From the NCBI GenBank assembly GCA_963924565.1, contig CAWUQB010000058.1:1-60413 (forward strand): a stretch of 60,413 nt of DNA, read 5' to 3'. This document shows, one piece after another, positions 27,401 through 42,400 of this stretch. This DNA is from Ascidiella aspersa. Its lineage: Eukaryota. Position 1 is the stretch's first letter; each line of letters opens with the position of its first letter. A program made the translations under genes and the position numbers. The notes beneath the pieces were generated by a model. That model saw nothing but the letters and a program-made list of their open reading frames with translations, did not search any database and was not told the origin of the DNA.

Positions 27401-30400
27401 ACGTCATCAGATCAACAACAAGCATCAGTCACCACATTAGAGAATGGTGATGTACTGGTGGTGTGGCGTTCAGCGCATACGGGCAAAGCACAAATATATG
27501 GGCGGCGGTTTGATGCGGACGGTAATCCACAAACAGGGGAAATAACGTTATTTGATGCGGTTGGAACCGGATCAGGCATACCGGATGTGACAGCACTGTC
27601 CGATGGTGGCTATCTTGCGGTCTGGAAGGACTGGAGTTTGGGTGGTAGCTCTCACGCTATCTATGCCCAGCGCTTTACAGTCGATGATGAAGGATTAGGA
27701 CAGTTTAAGGTTAACACCACCGAGGCCATGTCTGACCTGCGCGGTGAAACCTTAGTATTTACCGCCGGTGGTCTTTCGATGGATTCTGGGGAAACCGCAT
27801 CTGTCACCGTTCCTAATGATTTTCTTAGCGGTGATCACCTGTGGGTTGTGGTTGCCGGGGGTGGTTACACCAAGGCTCTGAAAGTTCAAATTACAGATTC
27901 CGACAATGGGATTACCTTTACCCAAACCGACGCCCGTTACATCAGCGGTCATGATACCAGCTACGACTTCGATACCCAGCCATCCTCCGGAAATAACATT
28001 GCTAATAGCGATACCTCTCCTGGCTATGGTATTGCTAGCGTGTCGATGGCTGGAAATACGATCGTGGATAACTATCTGGGTACTACCGGTCAGGAATGGA
28101 TTAGCGCCAGAATAGGTGATCAGGATCAGCCTGAAGTGGTAGGCCTCAGTGATGGTGGCTATGTGATTGTTTGGCAGGGGCAGGGAGGAGAGGAGCCAAC
28201 CTCTGAGCATGGCGTGTTCCTGCGTCATTACAACGCGGACGGCAGTACCTTGCATGAGGGCGTTGTCAGTACCACGGTATCAGGGGATCAGTCCAGTAGT
28301 CAGGTCACGGTGCTGGCTGATGGCGGCTATATCATCAGCTGGTCATCAGATCATAGTGGTTCACACAGGGTGTATGCGCGTCGTTATAATGCGGAAGGTG
28401 AAGCTCAGGGTGATGAGTTCCAGGTGAGCACTGGAGGTCGTCCACAGGTTGTTATGACGGCTAATACTCAATCATGGGATTTTTCCTCTGATACGAGTGG
28501 GCTTACTATAGATGACGGAGCGATGGGGTCTACCTTTGGGCAAGCAGCGCTGCAATTTTATAATTCAAATTCAGTATACAGTCATCTTTCAGCAGAGGGA
28601 AAGGTAAGTTCTATTACTCAGGTTGAAAGCGGCTATAAGTTGGTAGTAGAGAACGGGACTGCTGCCGTAACAGTGTATGATTCGAGTACTACAGGTTTAT
28701 TTTCAGGTGGGGCCCACGGCACAGACTTATATATGAGCAACAATGGAGATCGTCTCATTCTGACAGCTGTCGATGGCTCTGATTTTCATTATGAGGGTTC
28801 ATGGGTGCAAAAATTTAGTAGTGGCTCCAGTGTTCCGCTAACTGTAGAAGGATATAAAGATGGGGTGCATCTATATAATATAAGTAGTAATGCCGACTCG
28901 GGTAGTTGGAGTAACATAGTCGGTTTCTCAGGTACTGTTGTAGATGAAATTAGGTTTAATACGAGAGGGGAATATGTAGGTGTAGACAGTATATACCTGC
29001 GTGCAGCTGACAGCAATAGTACTACGGCTATCAGCCCTCGCCACGTTACAACAGAGACCTTTGATACCTCGAATGGCGGGGAATTATCATTTCAGTTCCG
29101 TTATGGGCATTCGAGTAATTCAGGTGAAACGCCAGAGTCTAATGAATATATCAAACTGCAATATTCTACCGATGGAGGAAACAGTTGGATAACGACTCAC
29201 GTATATTCTGATGCCAGCTATTTTGATGGCAACTGGCATAACTTTAATCTTTCTTTGCCAAGTCATTTACAGCATGAAAGTATTCAATTTCGTATGACCC
29301 AACATGCCAATACAGGTGATAGGTTTGATCACTGGGCTATTGATAACCTTAGCATCACGACTTATGTTGAAGAACTTGTTCAAGCAGAGAGCTTTGTAAG
29401 CGATATCGTCGCGCTGGATGATGGCGGATTCATGGTCAGTTGGGAGGCTTCCCATCAGGAAGGCGCTGACTCAGAGGTGTACGCCCATCGTTATGATACC
29501 GATGGTGAGGCGGTCGGCGAACCCTTTATGGTCAATGATTATATAGGACAAGATCAGCAAAATGCTCAGCTGAGTGTGTTATCTGATGGGCGCATATCAG
29601 CGGTTTGGCAGTCTTATGAAGAGGATGGCAGCAGTGGCGGCGTTTATGGCAAAGTGCTCACCTTGGGCGACACAGTGAAAGACGATGCTAAGGTAGGAGC
29701 CATTGTTGGACAAGTCAGGATTGATGATCCGGATCTGGGGGATACCCATCAATTTGCGCTTGAGGATGATGCCGGCGGACGTTTTGCGATTGATGCAAGT
29801 TCCGGTGTTATTACTGTCGCAGCCCCTGATTTAATTGATTACGCCGAAGCAGCAGAGCATGAGTTGGTTGTTGAAGTGACTGACAGTGCCGGACATACCT
29901 TAACTCAGTCGTTTACCGTAGAGGTGGCACAAACACATCGTGAGCCTGTGAGCCTGAGTATGACGCGTGTTGAAACCGATGAAGTGGTGGTTAATGCGTT
30001 TACATCGGGTGGCCAGGGTACTCCTGACATCACAACGTTGCCTGACGGGGGATCGCTGGTGGTATGGGAGCAGCAAGAAAGCAGCGCTTCCAGTGGCGGC
30101 GACGGCAGCTCTTGGTCCATCAAGGCACGACGGTTGGATGCGGATGGTCAGCCCATGGGGAGTGAGTTCCAGGTCAATACGTCAACGAACTCTACTCAGC
30201 GGGAGCCTGCTGTCACAACGCTTGCAGATGGTGATGTATTAGTCACCTGGCAGAGTATTCACTCTAATAGCTACCGCGTGTACGGTCGCCGATTTGATGC
30301 TGATGGGAATCCTGAGACCGGAGAGTTGACATTATTTGAATCATCGGGGGCGCATCAATTTGACCCCGATATTACTGCGCTGGCTGATGGGGGTTACCTG

Positions 30401-33400
30401 GCAACCTGGCATGACAGCAGTCAGGATGGCAGTGATCGTGGTATCTATGCACAGCGCTTTGATGCAGAGAACGAGGGGCTTGGTCAGTTCAAAGTGAATG
30501 ATTACACGGCAGACTCGCAACATATGCCGAAAACAGCCGGGTTGTCTGATGGGGGTTATGTGGTTGTCTGGAACGGTCGTGGCGAAGGGCAAACCGATAA
30601 TAACGGGGTGTTCCTGCGGCAGTATGATGCTGAAGGAAACACAAGGGTGGATATTGCCGTCAATACGACACTGTCAGGTGATCAAGCCTCTGCTCAGGTG
30701 ACCTCTTTGGCTGAGGGGGGGTATGTGGTTAGCTGGTCATCGAATCAGGACGGTCTCTATAAGGCGTATGTTCGCACCTTTGATGCGGATGGGACGCCTC
30801 GAGGGGATGAAATGATGGTTGATGATCAGTCTACGGAAGCAGGTTATAGCCCCTCCGTGACGAGTCTACAGGATGGTGACTTTTTAGTGAGCTGGGATAT
30901 GTATAATGTTGATGGTTCCAGTAATGAAACGTATGTTCGCCGGTTTGATGTTGATGGTGTCGCAGTGGGTGAACCCTTTCGATTGAATAATTATCAGGGT
31001 GGAGATCAAAGCAAGGCGGCACTGGTAGAAGCAGCGGATGGTCGTATAACCGCAGTATGGGAATCTGAGGGTCCTGACGGAGATAGTTATGGCATTGTCT
31101 CAAAAACAATCGCACTGGGAGGTGTGTCTGGTGCAGCCGTTGAGGGGGCGGTTGTTGGCCGGGTTGAAGTGGATGACCCGGATTTCGCTGATAGCCATCA
31201 ATATACGTTGCTTGATAACGGAGGGGGCCGGTTTGAAATTGATTCGGCAACCGGTGTTATTAGGGTGGCAGCCCCTCTATTAGAACAGGCTGTTGTGCAG
31301 GACGCTGTTGAAGGTTTATCTCAGCACTTACAGATACATACAATGATAGAAGGGAGGGCATATCAGCTTAATGATGTAATAACAGTTACTTTTACCAATA
31401 GTCTTGATAGCAGCGAAACATACACTGTTGATTATACGGTTACAGAAGCCGAACCTTATATAGTGGGGGGGGAGCTTGCCAATTTTTTAGTTAATGCAGA
31501 AGGCATTGGAGAGCAACTAGCGTTTGCGACAGGGCCCACTGGTTCCGGGCCAGGGCCCATTGGTTCCAGTTATCTGAATGTTTTGGAGGTTACAAGCAAT
31601 AAACCCCCTTACTTAATCGATGTGGTGATGTCTGACGCTGACGGTAATGAATACCCTAAAGATTTTTCAGGCATGGTTAAAAATGTAACGATGCTTGATG
31701 GGGTTGATTACAACGGAGAAGGCACCGTAGGTATAGCCCAGATAGAAACGCTGTCAGTGCCCACCCACTTTTATACTGGTCAGGTTATACCGGTGAACGT
31801 GGGCGATCAATCTGTGACCTATACAGTAGCTGAGGGTGATAGCACAAACGATATCAGAGATGGACTCATTGCAAGCTTGAATAATGATGAGGTGGTTGGA
31901 GGCCAAGTCACAGCCGAGGCCAGTGGCGATTCGGTCATTCGTCTGGTCAGTGCTCCCGGAGAAACTGTGGCCATAAATTCCAGTTATGATCTGAATGTAC
32001 AGGTCACGGATAGTGCAGGTCAGTCCATCACCGACACGGTGACGATTGCGGTCAGTAAGAGCCAGCACGCGCCTGTAAACCTGAGTTTGGAAATGGTGGA
32101 GAGCGATGAGTTTGCTTTGCATATGTTTACTGAGGGTACTCAGTCTTACCCATCCATTACAGGACTCGATAACGGGGGCTTTATCAGTGTCTGGCAAAAT
32201 AGTCATGACGCCAGTGCTACCGGGGGGGATGGTCATGGCTACTCTATTAAGGCGCGTCTTTATAATGAGGACGGTCAGGCGATGGGTGGCGAGTTTGTAG
32301 TCAATCAAAATACAAGCGGTCATCAGTACCATCCGTCGGTGACGACACTGACAGACGGTGATGTATTGGTCACTTGGTCAAGTATTAATGAGGGTAGCTA
32401 TCGGGTCTATGGTCGGCGTTATGATGAAAATGGTAATGCTCAAACCGGCGATTTCACTCTGTTTGAAAGTGTAGATTCTCATCAGTATTTCTCTGAGGTC
32501 AGCGCGCTGGCCGATGGTGGCTATATCGTCAGCTGGCGGGATACCGATGATAGTGATTATGGCATTTATGCACAGCGCTTTGATGCTGATAATAATGGCT
32601 TAGGGCAGGTTCAGGTCAACCGCTATACAACGAACACTCAAAAAATGCCTGAGACGGCGGGGCTGGCGGATGGTGGTTACGCTATTGTCTGGTCAGGAAG
32701 TGGCAGTGACCAACCAAGTGATACTGGCATTTATATACGCCAGTATAATGCAAAGGGCGAAACGGTAAAAGAAGATACCGTTAATACAACACTGCACGGT
32801 TATCAGGATAGGGCAGAGATCACGGCATTAAATAGTGGTGGCTATTTAGTGAGTTGGTCATCCGGTCATGGAGGTAAGTATGATGTGTATGCTCGTATGT
32901 ACGATGCTCAGGGCGACCCTATGGGCGATGAGTGGACGCTCAGTCCTAATGCTTCACTGAGTGAATACAATAGTGACATTATTGCTTTGGACGACGGTGG
33001 TTTTATGGCTACCTGGCATAGCCATGCAGAGGACACGGGTTATGATGTTTATGCGCAGCGCTATGATGCAGAAGGGGCGGTGGTGGGTGATGCATTCAGA
33101 TTGAATGATTATATTGGGAGCGATCAGGAGAGTGCCCAGCTAACGCAACTGGCGGATGGAAGGATTGTAGCGGCATGGCAGTCCAAAGGTCAGGATGGTG
33201 AGAGTAATAATTATGAAGTTTATGGGAAAATTCTAGCCATTGATGGGTTGGTCACAGACAGAGCCCAATCAGGCACACCGGTTGGCAGAGTCAAAGTGGA
33301 TGACGCTGATTTTGGCGATGAGCACACTTATTTGCTGATTGATAATGCGGGTGGTCGCTTTACCATTGATGTGAATACCGGCGTGATATCGGTCGCTAAC

Positions 33401-36400
33401 CCGTCCTTGATTGACTATGAAGATAATCCCAGCCACAACGTATCCGTTCAGGTCACTGACAGCACGGGCAATCGTCATAGCCAAACCTTAACCATTGACG
33501 TTGCGCCCAGCAGTCGTCATGCCCCGGTGGGAATGAGTTTGGGCATGGTCGAAGGTGAAGAGTTTGCTTTGCATACTTATACAGCCGCCGCTCAGATGAA
33601 TCCGGAGATCACCACTTTAGACGATGGTGGGTTTCTATCGGTTTGGCTTAATCAGAACGCCGATAGTTCAACAGGAGGCGATGGTAACAGTTACTCGATA
33701 AAAGCACAACGTTTTGATGCAAATGGTCAGCCTCAAGGAGCCGAGTTCAGGGTCAATCAAAGCACGAATGATACACAGAGAGTTCCCGATGTGACCACAC
33801 TGGCCAATGGCGATATATTGGTGACATGGGCTTCCAGGCATGTGGCTGGCGAGAGTGCTTTTCGTGTCTATGGTCGTCGTTTTGATGCGGAGGGTAATGC
33901 GCTGACCAATGAAATGGCGCTCTATGAATCAACCGGCACGACCCAGTATGAGCCAAGTGTCAGTGCGTTAGAGGCTGGAGGTTATGTCGTTAGTTGGTAT
34001 GACACTACCCTTGACGGCAGTGACTCTGGCGTATTTTCCCAACGTTTTGATGAAAATAATCAAGGTCAGGGGCAGGTCCGCGTTAACAGTTATACCTCAA
34101 GCCATCAGTATTACCCTGAGACAGAGGGGTTATCTGATGGTGGTTACGTGGTGGTTTGGTATGGCCGCGGTGCAGATCAAACAGACGGTCACGGGGTCTA
34201 TTTACGTCAGTATTCAGCCGATGGCACAACGGTTACGGAATCAGTTGTCAGTCAAACCATTAGCGGTGCACAGACTCATGCGAAGGTATCAGCTTTTGGT
34301 GACGGTGGTTATGTGATTAGCTGGGCGTCTACCCATGAGGGTTTAAATAAAGTATATGCTCGTGTATTCAATGACAGAGGCGAACCGCAAGGAGATGAGT
34401 TTCTCATCACTACATCCACTTTAGATCACGTATATAATTCTGATATTACGGTTCTGGATGATGGAACCTTTATGGCGAGCTGGAATGCTCTTAACGCGGA
34501 CGGTGCCGACACAGAAGTGTATGCACGTCATTTTAATGCGGAGGGGCAGGCGCTGGGCGATGCGTTTCGGTTGAATGATTATATTTCAAGTGCGCAAGAG
34601 AATGCGAAACTTGAGCAGCTAGAGGATGGTCGGATCGCCGCTGTTTGGCACTCGCATGGTCAGGATGGCGATAATTTTGGTGTATATGGCAAGATTATAT
34701 CAGCGGCAGGTGTCGTTAAAGACAGCGCTGCAGCCGGTATGCCGGTAGGGCAGGTTAATGTGGATGACCCTGATTTTGGCGATACACATCGGTTCCAGCT
34801 GACCGATAGTGCGGTTGGTCGTTTTACCATAGACAGCAATACTGGCGTGATTTCGGTTGCCAATGCCAACCTGATTAACCATCAGGATAATGCCCGTCAT
34901 GATGTGACGGTACAGATTACTGATGGCACAGGCCACACCTATTCAGAAACGTTCACCATCAATGTAACACCCCACAATGTGGCGCCTCTCAGCCTCCGTC
35001 TGGAAATGGTCGAAACAGATGAGTTTCAGTTGCATGAAATGACAACTGACAGTCAGCTGTATCCGGATGTGACGTTATTGGATAATGGTGGCTTTCTGGC
35101 TGTGTGGACCCATCGTAATCCGTCATCTTCATCCGGAGGGGATGGTAGTGGTTTCTCTGTCAAAGGCCGCCTGTTTGATGCGGATGGGCAACCGATGAGT
35201 CATGAGTTTTTGGTGAACCAGAATACGGCCAATGACCAGCGTTATGCTGCGACGACCACATTAACTAATGGTGATGTTCTGGTCACCTGGTCATCTTACC
35301 ATAATGGTAAATACCAAATTTTTGGTCGTCGGTTTGATCAGAACGGTAACGCGCCAACCGATGAAATCGTGCTCTATGAAAGCAGTGGCAGTGGGCAGCA
35401 TGAGCCTGACGTCAGTGCGCTGGCAGACGGTGGGTATTTGGTGAGTTGGTATGACGCCTCTCTCGATGGCAGTGGATTCGGTGTCTATGCCCAGCAGTTT
35501 GATGAGAATAATGTAGGGCAAGGACAAGTACTGGTTAATCGTTATACATCCAATAATCAGCAACAACCCAGTACAACAGGGCTACCGGATGGGGGTTATG
35601 TCATTTCCTGGACGGGGGACGGTGCCGATCAAGATGACCATGGCGTCTACATTCGTCAATACAGTGCCGATGGCGAAACCATTATTGAAATGCCTGTCAA
35701 TAGTACAACAGCAGGTAACCAAGTGTACTCAGCAGTGACCGCTTTAGCGGAAGGTGGTTATGTTGTGACCTGGTCATCCCCTCATGGTGGCACCTATGAT
35801 GTATACGCTCGTATGTTTAATAAAGAGGGGCAGCCACAAAGTGATGAGTTTAAAGTCAGTCATCAGTCATCAGGGGATGAATACAGCCGGGATGTCACCG
35901 CATTAGAGGACGGTGGTTTTTTGGTCAGCTGGGACAGTCGTGAGTCCGGTGGCTCTGGCTCACAAGTCTATGCCCGTCGTTACAATGCCAGCGGTGAAGA
36001 AGCTGGAGACATCTTTGTCCTGAATGATCAGACCGATGAAACCCAGGAGTATGCAAACCTGGATACGCTTGCCGACGGTCGTGTCGTTTCCGTATGGCAC
36101 TCATCAGGTCAGGATGGCAGTGGGTTCGGAGTCTACGGCAAAGTGCTTTCCATGGGGGATGCCGTAAAAGAGGGCGCTGCTGATGGCACTGTTGTAGGGA
36201 GGGTGGCCGTTAATGATCCAGACCAAAACGATACCCACGCATTTGCCTTAACCGATAATGCCGGCGGTCGTTTTACTATTGATGAAAACACCGGTGAAAT
36301 TAGAGTCGCTAATGGTGCGTTGCTCGATCACAGTGAAGCCCATTGTCATACTATTAATGTAAAAGTGACAGACAGTGCGGGTCATACCATTACCCAGAGG

Positions 36401-39400
36401 ATGACCATTGATGTCACACCGGCCAACCGCGCCCCGGCGAGCATGAGTTTGAAAGTGTCTGAAGGGGATGAGTTTGTCATCAACGAGTCCACGGCTGGAG
36501 ATCAGGACATGCCTGCTGTTACCGCACTGGACGACGGTGGAATGATGGTTGCCTGGCGTGATGAAGGTAATGGCTCGTTGAAAATGAGGCGTTTGGATGC
36601 GGAGGGTGAACCTGTTAGTGATGAGATTCATCTTGCGGGAGGCGTTCAAAGCCGTATCAGTAGAACGTTGACGTTTGATGATCTGGGAATTGGTCAGAAT
36701 GGCTCCGCGGCGGTTGGCACATATCATGAGTTTACCTTTGACACCGGTACGAAGGCGAGAGATGAATATTTTGTGGCAACGAGTGGGGACTTCTCAGCAA
36801 TAAATAAACGAGATGATGCTACGACTATCACTGTCCCGAATGGGACAAGCTTTACATTTGATGGTGTTGATATGCAATTATTTGGTACCGCCACTCGTAC
36901 AAGCACAGTCTCCGGGTATAGGGATGGTGTTGAGGTCTGGAGTAAGTCAGTCAATATCAATGGCTCCTATCAGTACGTCTCTGGCGAATCGGAGGAAATT
37001 GATACGTTAAAATTTGACATAGATGTAGGCTGGCACTTCCTGATTGATACATTAAAGCTCACAGCCATCAAAGATGAGTCTGGCAGCGATCCATCCATGA
37101 CGACGCTCGCAAACGGTGATGTGCTTGCCACATGGTCAAGTGACGCGTCGGGGGCTTACAGGGTTTATGGTCGTCGGTTTGATGAAGAAGGTAACGCCTT
37201 ATCAGATGAATTTGAACTCTATGAGTTATCGGGAGCGGGGCAATATCAGCCTGAGATAACAGCACTTGCAGATGGTGGTTATCTGGCAACTTGGCATGAC
37301 AGCAGTTTGGATGGTAGTAGTTGGGGCGTGTTTGCCCAGCGATTCAGTGCTGACGGTGTGGGGGAAGGCCAGTTCCAAGTTAACCGGTATACCTCGGGAG
37401 AACAAAGTGAGCCACGCACTCTGGGCTTGCCTGACGGAGGCTATGTCATTATCTGGAATGGCAGAAATGCTGACCAAACGGGTGATGACGGTGTGTATAT
37501 GCGTCAGTACAGTGCTGAAGGTGAAACCGTCGCAGAAAGAACAGTGACAAGAGATATTGGAGGCGATCAAAACCATCAGCAAATAACCGCACTGGCTGAC
37601 GGTGGTTATGTCATTACCTGGACGTCCAATCATGATGACGAGACGCATGTGTATGCGCGTGTATTTGATCGCAAAGGCAATGCTCAAGGGGATGGACAGC
37701 TAATCATCACGGACTCTTCTGGTAGTGACTTCAGTCAAGACATCATTGGACTGGATGATGGTGGATTCTTTGTCACCTGGCAGACCGCTAATGCTGATGG
37801 TTTCGGCTATGAAGTCTACGCTCGTCGGTTCAGTGCGGAGGGTCATCCAACCGGTGAACGTTTTCGCTTGAATGATGAGACGTCAGGGGATCAGCTGAAT
37901 GCCCAGCTGGATGTATTGAGTGATGGGCGTGTGATATCCGTATGGCAATCGGCCAATCAAGATGGCAGTGGCACAGGCGTCTACGGCAAAGTGTTGGCAA
38001 TGGGTGGCCTGTTAAACGAAAGCGCAGGCAATGGGGTAGAGGTTGGCAGGGTTGAAGTCGATGACCTGGATATGGGGGATTCCCACGCGTTTGCATTAAC
38101 CGATAATGCCGGTGGCCGTTTTGTTATCGATGCGAGTACCGGTGTGATATCTCTGGCTGATAGTAACCTGATTGATTATGGAGAAAACACCCATCATGAC
38201 GTCTCTGTACAGGTAACGGATAGTGCGGGCCATACATTAACTCAAACAATGACGATTGAAGTGGCGCCGCCCGATTATGCGCGAATCAGCATCAATATTG
38301 AGCCTGTTGTCGGTGATGAATTTGTCATTAACTACGGTAGGTTAGGGCATCAGATTGATCCGGTCATTACTTACTTTGAGGACGGTGGCTTTATTGTTGC
38401 CTGGGTGAACGAGTTTGTCGACCTTTCTGCAGGTGGTGATGGTAGCGGCTATTCAATCAAGGCGCAGCGTTATGATGCTGAGGGTAATAAAGTCAGTTTT
38501 GAATATCAGTTGAATGAACCTTCTCTCAACAACCAGATGCAACCTTCAATGACAACATTGGCTAACGGTGAAGTGCTTGTTACATGGTCGTCTAATCACG
38601 AGGGAGGTAATTACAGGGTCTATGGCCGGCGTCTGGATGCAGCCGGTGATCCTCAGGATGATGAAATTGTACTGTTTGAAAGTGGTACTGGCCATCAATA
38701 CGACACAGAAATTACGGCACTTGCAGATGGCGGGTATGTCGTTAGCTGGTATGACAATGAGGGGGCTGATGGCAGTAGCGATGCCGTGTTTGCCCAGCGC
38801 TTTGATGCAGACGATCAAGGGTTCGGGCAGTTTCAGGTGAACAGTTATGCAACAAACAGCCAGTTTGCACCGGATACTGCCGGGCTGTCAGATGGCAGTT
38901 ATGTGATTGCGTGGTCAGGACGAGGCGCTGACCAGACAGGGAATGATGGTGTTTACGTTCGTCATTACAGTGCGAATGGGGAAACACTTTATGAAACCAC
39001 CGTCAGCAATACACAGGCTGGCCAGCAACTTTTTGCAAAAGTGGCCTCTCTTGTGGACGGTGGCTATGTGGTCAGCTGGTCTTCGGATCAGGATGGAGAA
39101 AATGAAGTCTATGCCAGAAGGTTTGGCAGTGATGGTCAGCCACTGGGTAACGAGTTCCGAGTGAGCCATCAGCCTTTCAGTGAGAGTAATACCACCGATA
39201 TTATTGCTCTGGATGATGGTGGGTTTATGATTAGTTGGAATGCTGTCAATGCTGACGGCACCGGTAATGAAACCTACGCAAGACAGTATGATGCGGAAGG
39301 TCATGCCTCAGGTGACGCCTTCAGGCTAAGCGCCTACACAGACAGCCATCAAAATGATGCACGGCTTCAGCAGTTACCCAATGGTAAATTGGCTGCTGTC

Positions 39401-42400
39401 TGGGAGTCTAATGAACAAGACAGTGACGGCTATGGCATTTATGGCCGCTTAATTGATCTGGATAGCAGGGTCAAGGAAGGTGCTGAGGCCGGCACGATTG
39501 TAGGTCGGGCCACAGTAGAAGGCCCGAATCTGGGTGCTCAGCATCAGTTTGAGTTGGCAGATGATGCCGATGGCCGCTTTACCATTGATCCGAACACGGG
39601 CATTATCACAGTGGTTGATCCGGGTCGGATTGACTACAGCGATGCAGCGCAGCATGACATTATCGTGAAAGTGACTGACAGTACCGGTAATGAGTCATCA
39701 GCAGGTATGACACTGGACGTGATACCCGCTAACCGAGCCCCCGCCCGTATGAGTCTGGAGTCGTTTGAAACAGAGGTGTTTCAGCTACATGAGTTTACAA
39801 GTGACGACCACGCAGATCCTGTTGTGACATCACTAGACTCTGGTGGCTTTATGGCAGTCTGGACAAACCAGACGACGACGAGTAGTTCATCAGGCGGAGA
39901 TGGTAGCGGGTATTCCGTTAAGGCGAGAATCTTTGATGAAGCGGGTCATCCTACAGGCAGTGAATTTTTCATTGGAACCAGTACGTCATCAGATCAACAG
40001 CAAGCATCAGTCACCACATTAGAGAATGGTGATGTACTGGTGGTGTGGCGTTCAGCGCATACGGGCAAAGCACAAATATATGGGCGGCGGTTTGATGCGG
40101 ACGGTAATCCACAAACAGGGGAAATGGCGTTATTGGATGCGGTTGGAACCGGATCAGGCATACCGGATGTGACAGCACTGTCCGATGGTGGCTATCTTGC
40201 GGTCTGGAAGGACTGGAGTTTGGATGGTAGCTCTCAAGGTATCTATGCCCAGCGCTTTACAGTCGATGATTTTACCGTGGCCATTTCTGACCTGCGCGGT
40301 GAAACCTTAGTATTTACCGTCAATGGTCGTTCGATGGGTTATGAGCAAACCGCATCTGTCACCGTTCCCAATGATTTTCTTAGCGGTGATCACCTGTGGG
40401 TTGTGGTGACCGAGGGTGATAACACCAAGGCTCTGAAAGTTCAAATTACAGATTCCGACAATGGGATTACCTTTACCCAAACCGACGCCCGTTACATCAG
40501 CGGTAATGATACCAGCTACGACTTCGATACCCAGCCATCCTCCGGAAATAACATTGCTAATAGCGATACCTCTCCTGGCTATGGTATTGCTAGCGTGTCC
40601 ATGGCTGGAAATACGATCGTGGATAACTATCTGGGTACTACCGGTCAGGAATGGATTGTTTCTGATGACCAAAGCGCCACAACAGGTGATCAGGATCAGC
40701 CAGTCGATGATGAAGGATTAGGACAGTTTAAGGTTAACACCTATACAGAAGGCCTACAGGATCACCCTGAAGTGGTGGGCCTCAGTGATGGTGGCTATGT
40801 CATTGTTTGGCAGGGACAGGGAGAGGGGCCAACCTCTGATCATGGCGTGTTCCTGCGTCATTACAACGCTGACGGCAGTACCTTGCATGAGGGCGTTGTC
40901 AGTACCACGATATCAGGGGATCAGTCCGGTAGTCAGGTCACGGCGCTGGCTGATGGTGGCTATATCATCAGCTGGTCATCAGATCATAGTGGTGAACACG
41001 GCGTGTATGCGCGTCGTTATAATGCGAAAGGTGAAGCTCAGGGTGATGAGTTCCAGATGAGCTCTGGAGGTCATCCACAGGTTGTTATGACGACTAAGAC
41101 TCAATCATGGGATTTTTCCTCTGATACGAGTGGGCTTACTATAGATGACGGAGGGGTGGGGGCTACCTTTGGGCAAGCAGCGCTGCAATTTTATGGTAAT
41201 CCAGCTTATCTTTCAGCAGAGGGAAAGACAAGTTTTGCGAGTCAGGTTGAAAGCGGCTATAAGATGGTCGTAGAGAACGATACTGCTGCCATAACAGTGT
41301 ATGATTCGAGTGCTGTACATTTCTTTTCAGATGCGCCCCACGGCACAAACTTATATATGAGCAACAATGGAGATAGTCTCATTCTGACAGCTGTCGATGG
41401 CTCTGACTTTTATTATCAGAGTTCATGGGTGCAAAAATTGAATGCTGGCTCCAGTACGATGACTATAGAAGGATATAAAGATGGGGTGCATCTATATAGT
41501 ATAAATGGTACTGCCACCAAGGATGCTTGGAATGAAATAGCCGGTGAATCAGGCACTCTTGTAGATGAAATTAGGTTTAATTCGTGGGATCAACTGATGG
41601 GTATAGACGGTATATCTCTGCGTGCAGCTGACAGCAATAGTACTACGGCTATCACCCCTCGCCACGTTACAACAGAGACCTTTGATACCTCGAATGGCGG
41701 GGAATTATCATTTCAGTTCCGTTATGGGCATGCGGGTAATTCAGGTGAAACGCTAGAGTCTAATGAATATATAAAACTGCAATATTCTACCGATGGAGGA
41801 AACAGTTGGATAACGACTCACGCATATTCTAATGCCAGCTATTTTGATGGCAACTGGCACGACGTTAATCTTTCTTTGCCACGTCATTTACAGCATGAAA
41901 GTATTCAATTTCGTATGACTCAACATGCCAATTCAGGCGATGCGTTTGATCACTGGGCTATTGATAACCTTAGCATCACGACTTATGTTGAAGAAGTTGT
42001 TGAGACAGGTAGCTTTTTAAACGGCTTTTTAAACGATATCGTCGCGCTGGATGATGGCGGATTCATGGTCAGTTGGGATGCTTCCAACCAGGAAGGCGCT
42101 GACTCAGAGGTGTACGCCCATCGTTATGATGCCGGTGGTGAGGCGGTCGGCGAACCCTTTATGGTCAATGATTATATAGGACAAGATCAGCAAAATGCTC
42201 AGCTGAGTGTGTTATCTGATGGGCGAATATCAGCGGTTTGGCAGTCTTATGAAGAGGATGGCAGCAGTGGCGGCGTTTATGGCAAAGTGCTCACCTTGGG
42301 CGACACAGTGAAAGACGATGCTGAGGCAGGAGCCATTGTTGGACAGGTCAGGATTGATGATCCGGATCTGGGGGATACCCATCAATTTGCGCTTGAGGAT

